A DNA stretch of 64,000 nucleotides from the NCBI GenBank assembly GCA_050174015.1, contig JBFXKG010000002.1, positions 160,001-224,000 on the forward strand, given 5' to 3'. Shown piece by piece: positions 39,470 through 47,910 of this stretch. The DNA comes from Candidatus Krumholzibacteriia bacterium. GTDB taxonomy: Bacteria; Krumholzibacteriota; Krumholzibacteriia; LZORAL124-64-63. The notes below the pieces were generated by a model. That model worked only from the letters and a program-made list of their open reading frames with translations. It was not told where the DNA came from and searched no databases. Every line of letters starts with the position of its first letter. Position 1 is the stretch's first letter. The position numbers were made by a program, and so were the translations under genes.

Positions 39470-39804
39470 AGCAGAAGCTGGATCTGACCGGCCTGATCGA
39501 AGCCCTGGCGGCAGGCCGCATCGTTCCCCTGCCGGTCGAGCGCTGGCGGGACCTTGCCGGCGCCTTCACCGTCGTCGAAATCATCCCGACGGGCCTGGCG
39601 GGGGACATCCTGCTGGTGCGCCGGCCCGTCCCCGGCGGAAGGACGCCGGGCTGGGCCCTGGTCGAGCAGAGCAAGCCCGACGAACGGGTGGTGAGGCCCC
39701 TGCCGGGCCGGAAGGAGGCCCTGGCCCTGGCCGGCGAACGCCTGGCCGCCTACGAGCGCATGTGGGACGGGTGAGGCGGCTGCAAGCCTGATTACTACAA
39801 CTGA
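39466..39804 (+). CDS. Small protein of unknown family, candidate selenoprotein with C-terminal UxxC (TGA 39772-39774 read as Sec; 112 aa)
   Basis: ATGA-coupled to GT4. The frame continues past the TGA as GGC GGC TGC AAG CCT GAT TAC TAC AAC TGA ([10 protein letters not shown]). SECIS-like hairpin downstream. Without recoding the CDS ends at 39774. Confidence 0.7.
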
Positions 39805-39817
39805 CCGGGAGTCGGTT
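39799..39817 (+). other. Candidate bacterial SECIS hairpin
   Basis: AACUGAC-CGGGA-GUCGGUU: 7-bp stem with one U-G pair. The loop starts 32 nt after the UGA and has G at position 2. Confidence 0.55.
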
Positions 39818-40993
39818 TTGGCCAACGTGAATACGGGATTGGATCGGCTGGCGGACGAGAGCTTCGTCGGCCTGCGCGGCCAGCGGCTGGGTCTGCTGGT
39901 GCATCCCGCGTCCGTGGACAGGCGGCTGCGCCATGCCGCGCAGCTGTTCTTCCACGCCCCCCTGGCGGACCTGAGGGTCCTGCTCGGGCCCCAGCACGGC
40001 ATCCGGGGCGAGACCCAGGACAACATGATCGAGTGGGAGGGGTTCATCGACCCGGTGATGGGTCTGCCCGTGTACTCCCTCTACGGGGAGCATCGCAAGC
40101 CGACGGCCGGGATGCTCGGGGACATCGACACCCTGGTGATCGACCTGCAGGACGTGGGCGCGCGCTACTACACCTTCATCTGGACCATGCTGCTGTGCCT
40201 GGAGGCCTGCGCGGAACAGGGCAAGCGCGTGGTGGTGCTCGACCGGCCCAATCCCCTGGGCGGCCGCCGCACCGAGGGCAACGTGCTGGACCCCGCGTAC
40301 CGATCGTTCGTGGGGCTGGCTCCCATCCCCATGCGCCACGGTCTGACCATCGGCGAACTGGCCGTCTTCTTCAGGCGGTGGCTGGGGCTCGACCTGGATC
40401 TCGAGGTGGTCTGGATGGAAGGCTGGGAGCGGGACATGGACTTCACCGCAACCGGCCTGCCGTGGGTGCTGCCGTCGCCCAACATGCCCACGGTCAAGAC
40501 CGCCATGGTCTATCCGGGGGCCTGCCTGCTCGAGGGCACCCGGCTGAGCGAGGGACGGGGGACCACGCGCCCGTTCGAGATCTTCGGTGCCCCGTTCATC
40601 GACCCGGAGACGCTGTGCGGGCTTCTGGGCAGCTGGAACCTGCCCGGGTGCCGCCTGCGCCCGCTCTCCTTCCAGCCCACCTTCCACAAGTTCGCCGGCG
40701 AGGTCTGCGGCGGCCTGCAGGTCCACATCACCGACTGGCGGGTCTTCGAACCGGTGGCGACGTACACGGCGGCCATCGGGGCGATCCGCCGGCTCTGGCC
40801 GCACGAATTCGCCTGGCGGCAGCCGCCCTACGAGTACGAGACCGTCAAGCTGCCCATCGACATCCTGGCCGGCGGGCCGGCCTGGCGCGAGGCGGTCGAG
40901 GAGGACCGATCCCCCTGGCAGATGAAGGCCGGCTGGATCGAGCAGCTGAAGGTCTTCGCGGAACTGACCGCAGGAATCCGCCATTATGGGTGA
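39818..40993 (+). CDS. namZ: Exo-beta-N-acetylmuramidase (DUF1343)
   Basis: GPQHGIRG, SLYG..RKP, DLQDVGARYYT, LDRPNPLGG, RHGLTIGE, PSPNMP and SEGRGTTRPFE. Confidence 0.88.
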   Translation: MANVNTGLDRLADESFVGLRGQRLGLLVHPASVDRRLRHAAQLFFHAPLADLRVLLGPQHGIRGETQDNMIEWEGFIDPVMGLPVYSLYGEHRKPTAGMLGDIDTLVIDLQDVGARYYTFIWTMLLCLEACAEQGKRVVVLDRPNPLGGRRTEGNVLDPAYRSFVGLAPIPMRHGLTIGELAVFFRRWLGLDLDLEVVWMEGWERDMDFTATGLPWVLPSPNMPTVKTAMVYPGACLLEGTRLSEGRGTTRPFEIFGAPFIDPETLCGLLGSWNLPGCRLRPLSFQPTFHKFAGEVCGGLQVHITDWRVFEPVATYTAAIGAIRRLWPHEFAWRQPPYEYETVKLPIDILAGGPAWREAVEEDRSPWQMKAGWIEQLKVFAELTAGIRHYG

Positions 40994-42740
40994 CCGGATC
41001 GCCGGCATGGTTCTCGCGGCGGGGCTCGGGACCCGGCTGGCCCCCCTGACCGACCACCTGCCCAAGCCCCTGTGGCCGGTGGGCGGGCGGACCCTGCTGG
41101 ACCGCGCCGTCGACGCCTTGCTGGACATCGGCTGCAGTCCCGTGGTCGTCAACACCCACCATCTCGCCGACAGGATCGCGGGGCACCTCGCCGGACGGAC
41201 GGCCCGCCGGGAGGTCGTCATCAGCCATGAGCCGCTGATCCTGGGCACGGGGGGCGCCCTCGACGGGGCCCGGGCGCACCTCGCCGGCGCGGATCAGGTG
41301 GTCCTGTACAACGGCGACGTGCTTTGCTCGGTGGACCTGGAGGGCCTGGTGGCGGCCCATCTGAGGGCCGTGTCCCTGGCCACCTTGCTGGTGACGGACT
41401 GGCCGGAGGTCAACTCGGTCGGCGTCGCCCGGGACGGCAGGGTCGTGTCGATCGCCGGCCGTCCACCCGCCTCGGCAGAGGCCTCCGGCGACGCCGCGGC
41501 GGAGCGCGCGCTGACGTATACCGGCATCGCCGTGCTGGCCCGTCCCTTCCTGGACCTGGTGGGGCAGGGGCACAGTCCGCTGGTCGATCCCCTGGTCGAG
41601 GCTCTGGTGCGCGAGCCCGGCGGCGTCCGTGCTCATCAACCCCCGGGCCTCCTCTGGTCGGACCTCGGCACCCTCGGGCGCTATCTGGAGGCTGTGGCTG
41701 CGGCTCCCGATCCGGGACCCGGCGCTCCGCCGGGCCCCGTCGAGGCCATCACCGGCCACGGGTCGGACCGCCGATTCTGGCGGTTGAGCGTGGGGGACTG
41801 GTCCGCCGTGGCCATGCTCAGTCCCCGGGACGACCCCGAATTCGACCGGGCGGCGGAGGTGGCCCGTGCGCTTTCCGCACGCGGCCTCGGGGGTGCGTCC
41901 GTCCTGGCCGCCGACGTCCCCGGTCGCGCCCTGCTCACCGAGGATCTCGGTCCGGATTCGCTGTGGGCCTGCCACCCGGCCTGGGATGGGGACGAGGCCC
42001 GGTGGCTCGAGGCCTACGAACCGGTGGTCGATCTCCTGCTGCGCCTGCAGGGGTCGTCCGACGCCCTGATCCGCGCCTGTCCGGCCTGCGGGGACCGGAC
42101 GCTCGACCGGGGCCAACTTCGGGGGGAGACGGAGTACTTCCAGACCCGGTTCCTGGCCACGCACCTGGGCCTGCCGGCCCGGGACATCCACGATCTCGAC
42201 GGCGAATGCGAGCTTCTGGCCACCGCCGTCGCCGGCCAGCCCCAGGTGGTGATCCACCGGGACTTCCAGTCCCAGAACATCCATCTGACGGCGGCCGGCC
42301 CCCGGCTCGTCGACGTCCAGGGGATGCGTCTGGGCCCGGTCGCCTACGACGCCATGGCCCTGCTGTGGGACCCATACGTTCCCCTGCCCGACCGGGTGCG
42401 CCGCGAGCTCTGGCTGAGGTTCGACGAGGGGGTCGCGCGGCGCGTGGGCGGCCGGTTCACGGAGCCCGACCTTCACGCCATGGGCATCGGCGCCGGGCTG
42501 CAGCGGATCATGCAGGCCCTGGGCGCCTACGGGTTCCTGGGTCACGTCAAGGGCAAGCGGAAGTTCCTGGACCATGTGCCCCGGGCCTGGGATCATCTGG
42601 GCCGATTGCTCGCCATGCTCGAGGAAGCGAGGACGCCGGGCGCCGGGAATTCCCCGTGGCTGCCCCCGCCGCTGCCCCGCCTGCACCGGCTGTGGCGGAG
42701 CGCGTCCCCGCCCCGGACCACCCCCGAAGGAGAGGCATGA
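40986..42740 (+). CDS. Fused MurU-like nucleotidyltransferase (N-terminal) and AmgK-like anomeric sugar kinase (C-terminal)
   Basis: LAAGLGTRLAPLT..LPKPL, NTHHLA, LGTGG, NGDV and WSDLGT; a Pro-rich linker; then GHGSDRRFWR, EDLG, IHRDFQSQNI, GP.AYD and QR..QALGAYG.L....GK. Confidence 0.82.
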   Translation: MGDRIAGMVLAAGLGTRLAPLTDHLPKPLWPVGGRTLLDRAVDALLDIGCSPVVVNTHHLADRIAGHLAGRTARREVVISHEPLILGTGGALDGARAHLAGADQVVLYNGDVLCSVDLEGLVAAHLRAVSLATLLVTDWPEVNSVGVARDGRVVSIAGRPPASAEASGDAAAERALTYTGIAVLARPFLDLVGQGHSPLVDPLVEALVREPGGVRAHQPPGLLWSDLGTLGRYLEAVAAAPDPGPGAPPGPVEAITGHGSDRRFWRLSVGDWSAVAMLSPRDDPEFDRAAEVARALSARGLGGASVLAADVPGRALLTEDLGPDSLWACHPAWDGDEARWLEAYEPVVDLLLRLQGSSDALIRACPACGDRTLDRGQLRGETEYFQTRFLATHLGLPARDIHDLDGECELLATAVAGQPQVVIHRDFQSQNIHLTAAGPRLVDVQGMRLGPVAYDAMALLWDPYVPLPDRVRRELWLRFDEGVARRVGGRFTEPDLHAMGIGAGLQRIMQALGAYGFLGHVKGKRKFLDHVPRAWDHLGRLLAMLEEARTPGAGNSPWLPPPLPRLHRLWRSASPPRTTPEGEA

Positions 42741-43984
42741 CGACGCACGAGGAAAGTCCCGGCCGGAACCGGGCCCGCCCGGGACGGTGGGACGCCTGGC
42801 AGCTGACCTCGGTCGCGCTCCTGCTGGTGGCCGCCAACCTGTCCATCGCCCTCAGCCAGATCCTCCTGGGGATTTCCCTGGCGGTGATGCTGGGCCGCAG
42901 GCTCGTGGCCCGGACCGCCTGGCCGGTCACGGGGCTGGAATGGCCCGTCCTGTCGCTGGCGTTCTGGGCCCTGGCGGTCCTGCCCTTTTCCAGCGATCCG
43001 GTCCAGTCCCTGGTGTTCTACCGGCGTTTCTTCCTGTTCGGCGCGATCTGGGCGGGAGCTGCGGCGGTCCGGAGCGAGGGCAGCCGCCGCGGGCTGGCGG
43101 GCGCCCTGCTCGCCGGCGCCGTGCTGATCAGCGTCTACGGTCAGGTCCGCGTCTGGCGGGAGACGGGGTCCCTGTTCGACGTGCGGCTGGGGGAGATGTC
43201 CAACCCCATGACCAGCGGCTGCCTGCTGATGCTGGTCCTGCTGGTGGCGGCGGGAATCCTGCTGACCCCGGGAGTCGGAGCGCGGGCGCGCTGGTTGCTG
43301 GGCCTGGCGGCGCTGCCGGTGGCCGTCGGCCTGATCCAGACCATGACCCGCAGCGCCTGGCTGGGCCTGGCCGCGGGATCGGGCCTGATCCTGCTGCTGC
43401 GGGACCGGCGGTGGCTCGCGGTCTACGTCCTGGGGGCGGCGGCGGTCCTGGTGGTCGTGCCCAGGCTGGCCGAGCGCAACGCCGATGAGCGTCTGGCCGG
43501 CCGCCTGACTCCCGGATACGTCGCCGAGGGCCAGAACACGAGCCGCAGGCTGGAGATGTGGCGGGCCGGCTGGCGGATCATCCGGGACCATCCCGTCACC
43601 GGGATCGGCGACCGGGACCTCGCCGAGGTCCTGCCCGCCTACTACGGCGACCAGGACACGGTCTATTTCGGGCACCTGCACAGCAACCTGGTGATGCTGG
43701 CGGTGATCTGGGGCATCCCGGGGTTTTTGCTGGCCATGGGGTTTTTCCTCGTTACCTTGGTGCGGCCCTGGCGCCTGTGGGTGCAGCTGGGCGGGACCGG
43801 CCCCCCCCGGGAGCCCTGGCGGCGGGGGTGGGCCCTGGGCGCGGCGGGCGCCGCGGCCGGCTTCTTCGCCGCCGGCCTGACCGAGTGGTACTTCGGCGAC
43901 GCCGAATCGATGCTCCTGTTCCTGACCATTCTGGGTGTCGCCCTGGGCTCCGGGCGTCATTCCGAGGATACCGGCCATGCCTGA
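42737..43984 (+). CDS. O-antigen ligase / Wzy_C family membrane protein
   Basis: Multi-TM; TMTRSAWLG, R.EMW..G......HP.TGIG, HLHSN and GIPG. Confidence 0.85.
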   Translation: MTTHEESPGRNRARPGRWDAWQLTSVALLLVAANLSIALSQILLGISLAVMLGRRLVARTAWPVTGLEWPVLSLAFWALAVLPFSSDPVQSLVFYRRFFLFGAIWAGAAAVRSEGSRRGLAGALLAGAVLISVYGQVRVWRETGSLFDVRLGEMSNPMTSGCLLMLVLLVAAGILLTPGVGARARWLLGLAALPVAVGLIQTMTRSAWLGLAAGSGLILLLRDRRWLAVYVLGAAAVLVVVPRLAERNADERLAGRLTPGYVAEGQNTSRRLEMWRAGWRIIRDHPVTGIGDRDLAEVLPAYYGDQDTVYFGHLHSNLVMLAVIWGIPGFLLAMGFFLVTLVRPWRLWVQLGGTGPPREPWRRGWALGAAGAAAGFFAAGLTEWYFGDAESMLLFLTILGVALGSGRHSEDTGHA

Positions 43985-45545
43985 CCGCACTTCGACCTTC
44001 CCCCGCCGCAGCGGCGTCCTGCTGCATCCTACCTGTCTGCCGGGTCCCGACGGCATCGGGGATCTGGGGCCGGCCGCCTTCCGCTTCGTGGACTGGCTGG
44101 CGGACAACGGCCAGGCCTGGTGGCAGGTGCTGCCCCTGGGCCCCACGAGCTTCGGCGATTCGCCCTACCAGACCCTGTCCGCCTACGCGGGCAACCCCCT
44201 GCTGATCGACCTGGGCGATCTGGAGGACCTCGGCTGGCTCGGTCAGGTGCAGGATGGCGCCCGCCCCGGGTTCGCCGCGGACCGGGTGGACTTCGGGGAG
44301 GTCATCGCCTGGAAGACGAGGCGGTTGCGGGAAGCCTGGACCGGTTTCCTCGGGCGAGCCGCCGGGTCGGTCTGGGAGGAATTCCGCTCCTGGTCCGCGG
44401 AGCACGCGGCCTGGGTGGACGACTTCGCCCTGTTCATGGCGCTCAAGGACGATCAGGGCGGCAAGCCCTGGGCGGCATGGCCCGCCCCGCTGGTGAAGAG
44501 GGATGCCGAGGCGCTGGCCGGTGCGGCCTCCCGCCTGGAGAAGGAGATCGCCTTCCACCGCTTCGTCCAGTGGGTGTTCCACCGCCAGTGGTCCCGCCTG
44601 CGGGCGCACGCCCGGCATCGGGGGGTCGGGTTCATCGGCGACGTCCCCATCTTCGTGGCCCACGACTCGAGCGACGTCTGGGCCCGCCAGGATCTCTTCC
44701 AGCTCGATGGAACCGGTCGACCGACCAGCGTCGCGGGCGTGCCGCCCGATTACTTCAGCAAGACCGGCCAGCTCTGGGGCAATCCCCTGTACGACTGGCG
44801 GGCGGCCGCCGCCGAGGAATACGCCTGGTGGGTGGGCCGCCTGAAGGCCTGCCTGGGGCTGGTGGACGTGGTGCGCCTGGACCACTTCCGCGGCTTCGAA
44901 GCCTGCTGGGAGGTGCCCGCGGGCGCGAAGACGGCCGAACTCGGCCGCTGGGCGCCCGGACCCGGCGCCGCGTTCTTCACCCGTCTGCAGCGGGAATTCG
45001 GGGAGGATCTGCCCCTGATCGCGGAGGACCTGGGGGTGATCACCGAGGCGGTGGACGACCTCCGGCGCGGGTTCGGCCTGCCCGGGATGAAGGTCCTGCA
45101 GTTCGCCTGGAGCGGGCCGGACAACGCCTTTTTGCCCCACGAACACGAAACCGACGCCGTGGTCTACGGGGGGACCCACGACAACGATCCCACGCTGGGC
45201 TGGTGGCAGCACCTGGCCGACGCTGACACCCGCGCCCTGGTCGCCGAATACGCCGGCTGCGAGGTCGCCGAACCCAACTGGACCCTGATCAGGCTGGGCA
45301 TGATGTCCCCGGCCCACACCTTCATCGCGACCATGCAGGACGTCCTGGATCTGGGCCGCGAGGGCCGCATGAACCTGCCGGGCGAGGGACGAGGCAACTG
45401 GAACTGGCGCATGGGCGACGACGCCTTCGACCATCCCGGCGGCGAGCGGCTGGCCCGCCTGACCTGGCTCTACCGGCGGAGGCCCGACCAGGCTCCCGCC
45501 GGACGCGTCGATCCGGAACCCCCTCCGGCGGAAAGCCTCCGTTGA
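43977..45545 (+). CDS. malQ: 4-alpha-glucanotransferase (GH77)
   Basis: SGVLLHPT.LP, WQVLPLGPT, SPY, GVPPDYFS.TGQLWGNP, RLDHFRG, AEDLG and THDN. Confidence 0.95.
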   Translation: MPDRTSTFPRRSGVLLHPTCLPGPDGIGDLGPAAFRFVDWLADNGQAWWQVLPLGPTSFGDSPYQTLSAYAGNPLLIDLGDLEDLGWLGQVQDGARPGFAADRVDFGEVIAWKTRRLREAWTGFLGRAAGSVWEEFRSWSAEHAAWVDDFALFMALKDDQGGKPWAAWPAPLVKRDAEALAGAASRLEKEIAFHRFVQWVFHRQWSRLRAHARHRGVGFIGDVPIFVAHDSSDVWARQDLFQLDGTGRPTSVAGVPPDYFSKTGQLWGNPLYDWRAAAAEEYAWWVGRLKACLGLVDVVRLDHFRGFEACWEVPAGAKTAELGRWAPGPGAAFFTRLQREFGEDLPLIAEDLGVITEAVDDLRRGFGLPGMKVLQFAWSGPDNAFLPHEHETDAVVYGGTHDNDPTLGWWQHLADADTRALVAEYAGCEVAEPNWTLIRLGMMSPAHTFIATMQDVLDLGREGRMNLPGEGRGNWNWRMGDDAFDHPGGERLARLTWLYRRRPDQAPAGRVDPEPPPAESLR

Positions 45546-46738
45546 ACAGGTGGCGCGCCATCAGCGGCGACTTCCGCCGCATGCTCCTGGCCACCCTCTT
45601 CTTCGGGGCGGTGGCGGGCATCTTCACCAGCACCTTGAACAACTATCTGGCCGACGTCCACGACTTCGACGCCGGCAACCGGGGCTGGCTGGAACTTCCC
45701 CGCGAGCTGCCCGGGTTCCTCATCTTCTTCGTCATGGGCCTGCTGCTGGTGCGCCTGCGCGAGAGCCGCATCGCGGTCCTGGCCATGGTCCTGACCGCCG
45801 CAGGCGCCCTGGGCCTGGGGTACCTGTCCAGCGGCATGGCCCTGCTCGTCCTGGTGATCGTGATCTGGTCCCTGGGCGACCACATCATCTTCGCGGTGGA
45901 GGGCCCCCTGGGACTCAAGCTGGCGAAGAAAGGGGGAGAGGGCCGGCGACTGGGCCAGCTGGGAGGGGCCCGCAACCTGGGCACCATCCTGGGAGTGTCG
46001 GTAGTCTGGCTGCTGGCCAAGCTGGTGGGCGACCGCTACGACCTGTTCTACCTGCTGGGGGCGGTCTTCGCGGCCCTGGCGGGTTTCTTCTACTGGCGGC
46101 TGCAGCTGGGCAAGCAGGATCCCCCGTCGCGGCGCCTGGTCTACCGCCGGGAATACCGCATCTTCTACGCCATCAGCGCCCTTTTCGGCATCCGCAAGCA
46201 GATCTTCCTGGTCTTCGGGACCTGGGTGCTGGTCTCCCTGCACGGGGTCCCGGTGTCCACCATCGCCCTGCTCTACTTCATCGCCTCCACCCTGGGCGTG
46301 ATCATGCGGCCCCTGCTGGGCGACGTCATCGACTGGCTGGGGGAACGGACCGTCCTGGCGGCCGACGAGCTGCTGCTGCTGGCCGTGTGCCTCGTCTACG
46401 CCTTCGCCTCGGACGTCCTGCCGCAGCCGTGGGATCTGCGGGTCCTCTACGGGGCCTACGTCCTTGACCACGTCCTGTTCGCCCTGCGGGTCGCCCGGAC
46501 CACGTACCTGAAGAAGATCGCGGTCGATCCCGCCGACATCACCCCGACGGTCTCCCTGGGGATCACCATCGATCACGCGGTGGCCATGTCCCTGCCCGTG
46601 CTGTCGGGCTGGATCTGGGAGCGCCACGGCCACCAGTACGTCTTCCTGCTGGCGGGGGCCATCGCCCTGGCGGGGTTCTTCATCTGCCTGCGGATCCGGG
46701 TGCCGGCGCCGCAGACCGCCGCGGAACCGGTCGGATGA
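45542..46738 (+). CDS. MFS transporter
   Basis: About 12 TM helices; LELPRELPG and GD.IDWLGER. TTG start overlaps the malQ stop. Confidence 0.82.
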   Translation: MNRWRAISGDFRRMLLATLFFGAVAGIFTSTLNNYLADVHDFDAGNRGWLELPRELPGFLIFFVMGLLLVRLRESRIAVLAMVLTAAGALGLGYLSSGMALLVLVIVIWSLGDHIIFAVEGPLGLKLAKKGGEGRRLGQLGGARNLGTILGVSVVWLLAKLVGDRYDLFYLLGAVFAALAGFFYWRLQLGKQDPPSRRLVYRREYRIFYAISALFGIRKQIFLVFGTWVLVSLHGVPVSTIALLYFIASTLGVIMRPLLGDVIDWLGERTVLAADELLLLAVCLVYAFASDVLPQPWDLRVLYGAYVLDHVLFALRVARTTYLKKIAVDPADITPTVSLGITIDHAVAMSLPVLSGWIWERHGHQYVFLLAGAIALAGFFICLRIRVPAPQTAAEPVG

Positions 46739-46767
46739 TTTTCCCGGAAGGTTCAGGGGACCGGGTT

Positions 46768-46797
46768 TTGCTTTTGACGGGGTCCGTGGGTTATAAT
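46768..46797 (+). promoter_or_regulatory. Probable sigma70 promoter
   Basis: Perfect TATAAT (46792-46797) with TTGCTT 18 bp upstream. Confidence 0.5.
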
Positions 46798-46841
46798 GTC
46801 AGTTGGAATCCTGGTTACGGGGAGAAGGAAGGCCTTTGCCG

Positions 46842-47774
46842 ATGAACCGCCGCATGCAGATCGTCGTTTGCGCGCCCGCCCTCGCGCTGCTGCTGCTTCT
46901 GGGGTCCTGCGGGACCACGGAGAAGAGCACCGCGCCCGAGGACGTCAATCCCTTCGCCGCCGCCACGGTGGGCACCGACACCACCCTGGAGATCATCACC
47001 TGGAACCTGGAGAACTTCGCCAAGAACGGGGCCGCGACCGTCGCCTACGTCGCGGACGCCGTCAGCGCCCTTGACGTGGACATCGTGGCGATGCAGGAAG
47101 TGATGAACGTGGTGCAGTTCCGCGCCCTCGACGAGGCCCTGCCCGGCTGGGACGGGTACCGGGCCGTGAGCGCCTACGCGGACATGAACCTGGCGTTCCT
47201 GTACCGCAACGGCGGTCCCCTGGTCGTCGAATCCATCTACGAGATCCTCTCCGACGAATACGCCCTGCCGCGCAGCCCCCTGGTCCTGCAGGGATCCTTT
47301 GCCGGCCAGCCGCTGGTGGTCATCAACAACCACTACAAGTGTTGCGGGGACAACCGGATCGAACCGACCAACGAACGGGACGAGGAGACCCGCCGGCGGG
47401 ACGCGAGTATCCTCCTCGACGATTTCATCACCCGGAACTTCGCCGGGGTGCGCGTGGTGGTGGTGGGCGACTTCAACGACGAACTGACGGACGACCAGGA
47501 GGACAACGTCTTCGACGTTTTCCTTCAGGCGCCCGACCGTTACCGGTTCGTGGACCTGGACATCGCCTCGGGTCCGGACAGCGGCTGGTCGTATCCTTCC
47601 TGGCCCAGCCACCTGGATCACATCCTGATCACCAGCGACCTGTTCGACGCGATGGTCCGGCCGGACACCGAAGTCCGCGTGCTGCGGCTCTACGATTACC
47701 TGGCCAGCGGGTGGTCGGAGTACGACAAGAACATCAGCGACCACCTGCCGGTCCTCCTGCGGTTGAAGCCCTGA
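46842..47774 (+). CDS. Endonuclease/exonuclease/phosphatase-family lipoprotein
   Basis: Lipobox LGSC; TWNLENF, MQEV, NHYK, GDFND, LDHI and SDHLPV. Confidence 0.88.
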   Translation: MNRRMQIVVCAPALALLLLLGSCGTTEKSTAPEDVNPFAAATVGTDTTLEIITWNLENFAKNGAATVAYVADAVSALDVDIVAMQEVMNVVQFRALDEALPGWDGYRAVSAYADMNLAFLYRNGGPLVVESIYEILSDEYALPRSPLVLQGSFAGQPLVVINNHYKCCGDNRIEPTNERDEETRRRDASILLDDFITRNFAGVRVVVVGDFNDELTDDQEDNVFDVFLQAPDRYRFVDLDIASGPDSGWSYPSWPSHLDHILITSDLFDAMVRPDTEVRVLRLYDYLASGWSEYDKNISDHLPVLLRLKP

Positions 47775-47791
47775 ACCGGGCGTTTTTCCGG

Positions 47792-47817
47792 AGCCGCCCC
47801 CGGGCGGCTTTTTTTTT
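47792..47817 (+). terminator. Rho-independent terminator
   Basis: agccgcc-cccg-ggcggct followed by a run of T. Confidence 0.9.
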
Positions 47818-47910
47818 CCGGATTTCTTTGTAACTTAAAGAGACGTCGCCCGTATCGATACAGGATCCCGCAGCCCCCACCAGCCGGGTCCGGCAACACT
47901 GGAGTGCATC

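Noticed and set aside
46774..46797. TTGACG paired with TATAAT as a consensus promoter
   Set aside because: The spacer is only 12 bp. TTGCTT at 18 bp is the more plausible -35.
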